Assembly (NCBI GenBank): GCA_964234715.1
Contig: OZ174281.1
Length of the DNA stretch: 64,000 nucleotides
Reading direction: 5' to 3' (one strand)
From: Podarcis melisellensis
Taxonomy: Eukaryota
Each line of letters starts with the position of its first letter. Within the stretch, counting starts at the first letter, position 1. The notes under the pieces are model-generated. The model was not told the origin of the DNA, did no database searches, and saw only the letters and a program-made list of their open reading frames with translations. Positions 58,156-64,000 of the stretch are shown piece by piece. A program made the position numbers and the translations under genes.

Positions 58156-59765
58156 TTCTAATGCTCCTGATCATTCTTTTGCAGCTGCAGCTTTACGTGT
58201 CTCATACCTGACTTCAGATGTGGGGAACATGGGCATGGCTTGGTGGGGGGACAACCCTGTGAGTCCAGTTAAAGCTCCTGGCAGAACTAATTTGGCTTCA
58301 CGCTGGACATTCCCATGCCTGGTCTAAGTTACAGATTTGGGAAAGGTTTATGACTTCATTTTAATTCGCTATTATTGGAGGCTCATTTTCTCTTCAGCTC
58401 TTGTCAGTTATATTACTAGAAATAGTGGATTTAATTTGACTTAATTTCTCTAGTTTCCCTTCAGTTCAGAATTACAGGAGAAAATGTGGTTTTTAAAATA
58501 GAATTCTTTATTAACCTATTTGTATCCCAGCCCTATAAATGGATCATTGGGGTCTTCCTCAGTTGTATTGCATTAATGACAATTACTCACAAGGCCTACA
58601 TAGCTGCGGGGCAACAGAGCTTCCATTTGTGTGTGTATATGCGCCTACATGTGTGAGTGTCCGTGTGCATGTGATAGATATTTAATTTCTAGTAGGTCTG
58701 AATGCCTCTAATATTTTTTTAAAAAATGTTTATTTTGAAGTAAGCTGCGCTGAGTTCTGAATGAATTATTCCAAGTATGCTGAATATTGCAGTCAGAAGT
58801 TGAGGAAAGTATTCTTGGTTTGATGAAAAAGGCTAATCATATATAAGTGAAGTATGAAGTGGGGTGGTGGAGGCACAGTTTAAAGCAAGAGATTGAAAAT
58901 AGAATTGCACATGGGCAAGAGAGGAGAGCCATGATAGTGGAAGGAATTGGCTTTAATAAATGCAAATTATACAGGGAGATGATAGATCGCTTCGTAAATT
59001 GTGCAAGTGTGTGGTGCGTTTGCAAATTTATGCAGAAATGTGTTTTGCAGTAATGGTTCCTTTTATTGCTGCTTTTTCTAAATAGCAACAAAATGGGATT
59101 GTCACCAAAAAACAGTATCTGCATTGGGTGGGAAAGAAAACACGCACACAGAAAAATACTTTACCATCCATTAAATACCTTGTAAATGGAATAGAATTGA
59201 TCCCAAGGATGTGTGTAATCACATTATGATTTCCTAATTTTTATGAATGTACAGGTGGAGAGTGAACATTATTCAGTGACTACTCATTGGATTAGAAAAT
59301 ATGGGCAGGATAGACAGCAGATTTAGCAACTGTTAATGTGGTAGAGAAATTGGTGGTAAATAAGCAAGCAAGCAAGTGGTCCACCTGGAATGAAAAAATG
59401 CTTTGAAACGGTTATAGAGTAAGGTGTTAGTTCCTGCACCTTTATCCAAAATTTGTCACCTCATTAAATTAATGTTGTCAACACCAAAAGATTGAGTAGG
59501 AGATCAATCAAGAAAGGGAGTTACATTAAGGAGTCTCAGAGCATTCAATAATAAGCTGCAACATAACCCTGATTCACGCATATCTGCATATCACTTGATT
59601 TCTTTAAATCGGAGTTCTGTGCATTCGGCGATGTGAGTTGATGTGGAAGCTCAGTGGTGAACGGTCTGTGATGACCCTTACACAAACTACAGATGATCTT
59701 AACAGTTACCAAGTTATTAACATGTGTGTGCTCTTTCAGAATTAACTAAAAGTACTGCAGATAGT

Positions 59766-60121
59766 GGGGACGCGGGTGGCGCTGTGGGTAAAACCTCAGT
59801 GCCTAGGACTTGCCAATCGTCAGGTCGGCGGTTCAAATCCCCGCGGCGGGGTGCGCTCCCGCTGCTCAGTCCCAGTGCCTGCCAACCTAGCAGTTCGAAA
59901 GCACCCCCGGGTGCAAGTAGATAAATAGGGACCGCTTACTAGCGGGAAGGTAAACGGCATTCCGTGTGCTGCGCTGGCTCGCCAGATGCAGCTTGTCACG
60001 CTGGCCACATGACCCGTAAGTGTCTCCGGACAGCGCTGGCCCCCGGCCTTTTAAGCGAGATGGGCGCACAACCCCAGAGTCGGACACGACTGGCCCGTAT
60101 GGGCAGGGGTACCTTTACCTT
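59766..60121 (+). mobile_element. Sauria SINE, second subfamily, full length
   Basis: CpG-rich head with A/B boxes and TACCTT tail; 13-bp TSD TACTGCAGATAGT (59753-59765, 60122-60134). Confidence 0.95.
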
Positions 60122-62122
60122 TACTGCAGATAGTAGATGCTTCATGTTAAATAAAGTGGATTCGGTGAAGTCTACCAAAACATTGCTACTGTGGATGATT
60201 TTATTTGTTTCACTGAGACTTGAGGAAGATGTGTTAAAACATGCAAAGGTTATCCAGTAGAACCAACATTTGTCCTCTGCTAATGTTTTGTTTGTTTGGC
60301 AGTCAGTGGGGGGAATCCAGGAAACAAATGTTTTAGTTTTCATCTTCCAGGAACCAATGCATTGATTTGTTTCTGTTTTCCCCATAACATGGGGAGGAAT
60401 TGGAGAACACCCACTTCTACTGTCAGTTTTCCTGAATCTGTGGGAGGTACTTCATAGGCATAGAGGGCATTTTACAGGAGACGTGACCATCCTGTTTTTG
60501 GACTGAGCCATGCAGGGAAAGATGAAGGGCTGAACCACTCCTACCAACTTCCACAGTATTATCTTACCACCTGCCTCAAAACAGATGACATACACAGTCA
60601 CTGCAAAGGAGTGTGCCAAATGAGCATTGTGAATGGTGGCTGCTGGGAAGCAAATCTAGATCTGCCACATCTCTGCTAATAGGGGCTTAGCTCTGAAGCT
60701 AACTGCCTCTCGCAAAGAGAAGTATTAAAATGTTCCATCTTGAGCTGCTCTGTATGTGCGCACACAGCTGCATGCACACATGCTCCGTTCCTTTGTCTTT
60801 CCTTATCTTCAGTCTGCTTTATAAAAGGTTTATAGTCTCCTTTAAATTTTTAAATGGAAATATGTTTAATTTAAAGTTGAGATTGCATCAGTTTGGAAGA
60901 AGGACAAGCTGCTCTAATTGTGAACGAAAGCACTTTAGACAGCTGCTTCAGGTTATTATTTTCATGTTTCGGTTCCATTGCTGCAGTCTTGCGTTTTGAT
61001 TAAAGACATCTGAAATCCAGCCTACTCTTGCGCAGGAGGCTCCTCTGTTTATAACCAAAGATCCAAAAGGCTTCTCCTTTGTAAAAAGGGAAAAGCACCA
61101 AAGATCGCCACATCGTCTAAGAAATGTGTTGCTGGTTTTCTTTATTGGTTGTCAAACCTGTCAGGTGAGAAGAGTAACAGATGAGCAAGCAACAATACAT
61201 CCAAAAGAGTGCTTCCAATCCCACCGTCTCAGTTGCATGCTTTCGCACTAAACTGGAAACATGGAAAATGAGGCAAAGCACGAATCTTGACAAATTGGGT
61301 AGCCTTTTCTCCAGATTGGAAAAATTACTCTTGCTCTGTAGGCTGGCTGGCAAGTGGAACTAGGATGAAGGAGGATAGGACTGCATGTCCTAACTACATG
61401 TGATGCTAAATATGCAGCTGCTAATCATGCCATGACTTTCATTTATTTAATAGCAAGTGGCAGTGGGGGACCCTAATTTTTACCAGGACCACATAATGCA
61501 AAGTGGGAGGCTTTTCTCTTCCTGCTCCAGCCATGATCTCAAGGAAAATCCCCTTCTCCCACATGGTAATTAGTGATGGGAAAAGTGATCCCATTAGGAG
61601 TGGACCCCCCACTTGCTAACACTAATTGCTGTGGGAATTTCTGCAATAATCAGAGAAGGAGAGAGTTAAACCTTACCTCATTGCATATTGCAGATCTGAT
61701 AAACATGGAGAGGGGAAACTGGCTGTTAAGTAAGCAAAAACCCTGATTCTGACAGTGGCACGTTTAGAATTGAATGTTGCTCAGTCTTTAGTGACTGCAC
61801 AAATGCATTATAAAAAGCATTCGAAGTTCTGTATCACTTTGGGATACAGACTCCTCTCACTTCCTGAGAGACATTCAAGTATTTATACTGCACCAAAGTA
61901 GCCATCAAATAAAAGGTACAATTTGTGTGTGGTGTCCTGTAACTCTTCTGAAGTCCAAGTGATTTCACTGAATAATATCATAAATCCATATCTGTGATAC
62001 AATTAATGTGTTGTTGTATAAAAATTTATTATCAGAAGCAATGACTTGGTCACTTTTATTGCACCAAGTACCGTGGTTTGACAAAAGCATGAAGCAATCC
62101 AGCCAGATGGGTATAAATAAAT

Positions 62123-62153
62123 TTGATGATGATGATGGTGGTGGTGGTGGTGG
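62123..62153. repeat. Compound microsatellite (TGA)n(TGG)n
   Basis: tgatgatgatgatggtggtggtggtggtgg. Confidence 0.9.
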
Positions 62154-62813
62154 CAAGACAGACCAACCATCCTGTAGGCCAGTGCTGCCCCACCAGAGTG
62201 ACAGTGACCTAAAGAAGAACTTCTTACTGGTCCTAGTAGCTGTCACTCACTTTTATAGCTACAGGTGCTAGGACCTTTTTCCATGGGAATCATGTACACC
62301 ACTGAGCTATGGGTCATCCTATAATGCTTCTTCATAGGTCACAATAATTAGATTATGACTGAAACCTCTAATTTGCGGTTCTCCTTTTATCAATGATCTG
62401 GCCCAAAGTTAGAGGCAGTGTTGCATTGCACTGGGTGGTGGCAACACAATGCTGGAACCAGATAGGCAGATGGTCATTGCATAGTTTCCATAGTTTCAGC
62501 TATTACAGGCTTGTTAGTAGGATGAGGGTGAAAGTTTACTAGTCCCCCTTCCCATTTGTTTTGGCATTTTTATCATGGCTTCATACTGCTGTTTGGATTT
62601 ATTCACCAGAAGATTCTACATTGCTAGCTCTTCCACATGGAATGTAAGACAGCTTGCTCTCTAGATTTAGCAGGCTTCAATAAAGTCATGTTAACAGATA
62701 ACAGTTAGTAAGTGTTGCATGCTCAGTAGATTTAAGACATGCCAATAGGGCTAAGCAATGATAGTAGTCCTTGGTGTATAGAAAACCTTGTGGGGAATGA
62801 AGCAAGCCAAATC

Positions 62814-62955
62814 CCTGGGGTAGCTCAGTTGGTAGAGCATGAGACTCTTAATCTCAGGGTCATGGGTCTGATCCCTATGTTGAGCAAAAATACTCCTGCA
62901 TTGCAGGGGGTTGGACTAGAAGACCCTTGTGATCCCTTCCAATTCTACCAAATTC
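62814..62955 (+). mobile_element. SINE with tRNA-Lys(CTT)-derived head and CR1-derived 3' tail
   Basis: TAGCTCAGTTGGTAGAGCATGAGACTCTTAATCTCAGGGTC matches tRNA-Lys(CUU); followed by CCTGCATTGCAGGGGGTTGGACTAGA...CCCTTCCAA, the CR1 3'-end motif. Confidence 0.85.
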
Positions 62956-64000
62956 ATCCACCTGACAAATTAGCAAACAGCACCCCCATTGCCTTTCTAT
63001 CCACCCATCATTTCTCTGCCTATCTCACCTGATGGCTTTGAACGGGGCCTCTCTTCGTAGTCCTTGAAAGACTTCTTTGTCAATGAAAGTACAGTAGCTA
63101 TAGCTTAATAAGCAAGGAGTGCTTTGGTCAGGTGAATTTCATTTTTGATCCTTTCGCTTTTTGTGAAGGTCTCGGTTCAGCAAGGACTCTAATGCATCTG
63201 TCAAATTCCCACCAAAAGAAATGTCTTTCGTTCCTCAAGTTGATGAATTGAGGCTCAAATCTAGAGTTGTTCTTTGATCTGCTGAAGATGGTGAATAGAT
63301 TCACATGACAATTACTGCCAGAATTAATCTTATGGTCTCTCAAAAGCTGCTAGCCCGATTATTCCTTTTCCCTGCTATATTCAGGTCCCTCTTCAGTTCT
63401 CTAAACTCTGCATGTACTGATTTCCACCACCATTTATTTACATACTATGTCACAGAGGACATTTATAGATGCTGTTGGGAAGAGCATTAACCGAAGCCAT
63501 AATTTTTTATCCACTCGCCAGAGCCCAAGAAAGATGACCATGCACTCTTCCCAAGCAGGTCTAATGGTCCCTCCAGCAGCATAATATAGAGAAAGAGAGT
63601 ACCTGTTTAGAAAGTAGTGTATCTGCTGTGCACAAAATCACATATATCCCTGGGAAAGGTGGCATTCCTATTTGCCCGTACCTATTATGTATTTATTTCA
63701 AATACTCTTCATACTGATCAGAATCAAGAACTGCATCCTCAAATCTTCATGATCTTCTGTCTTCTCTTGTCAGAAGTTGCTTCTTCAAAAACATTTCACC
63801 ATAGTTAATGAGTTATCTTTCCCCTAACTTGGAAGGAGACCTGATTTCATTCGCACCTATCGTCTTACAAAGTAAGAACCTTCCACGTAATGTGTTCCAC
63901 CTGAACTCACCCAGCAGGCCTGTTCAAGCAGGAAGACTTATTTGCAGGAACAAGGAAACCTGTGTGGTGTCCAGAAAGGAGGAAGTAGCTGCCAAAAAAC

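Noticed and set aside
62814-62886. Functional tRNA-Lys(CTT) gene
   Set aside because: The T-loop/B box is mutated (GGGTCTGATCC), the acceptor stem is poor, and it runs directly into a CR1-type tail; it is a SINE head.
63050-63520. Possible processed pseudogene or exon downstream of CDH2
   Set aside because: The sequence looks complex, but no frame gave a recognisable protein and I saw no poly(A) tail or TSD.

Overview
Vertebrate genomic DNA, most likely from a lacertid lizard (inferred from Sauria/Squam1- and Squam3-type SINEs). The window holds the 3' part of one + strand gene, N-cadherin (CDH2). Bases 1-23601 are the tail of the large intron 2. Exons 3-16 lie at 23602-55673; all have GT-AG boundaries and join in frame into 847 codons plus a stop, covering the prodomain end, the [10 protein letters not shown] cleavage site, EC1-EC5, the transmembrane helix and the catenin-binding tail. 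The 3' UTR runs to a poly(A) signal at 56896 and contains a 155-N assembly gap; about 7 kb of downstream DNA follows. Introns are dense with mobile-element relics: four Sauria SINEs of two subfamilies, one Squam3-like SINE, tRNA-headed CR1-tailed SINEs, CR1/L2/L1/BovB fragments, a probable solo LTR nested in a CR1, and Tc1/mariner and hAT MITEs. Most ORFs in the supplied track are chance ORFs or exon read-throughs. I found no evidence of a new multi-gene system. The best leads are a SINE tail carried by two different tRNA heads, a hairpin over the exon 10 splice donor, an inverted SINE pair around exons 3-5, an altered EC4 IDPVNGQ motif and an unexplained long antisense ORF in intron 6. Exon numbering and comparisons with human/chicken CDH2 and repeat consensus sequences are from memory and need confirming by alignment.
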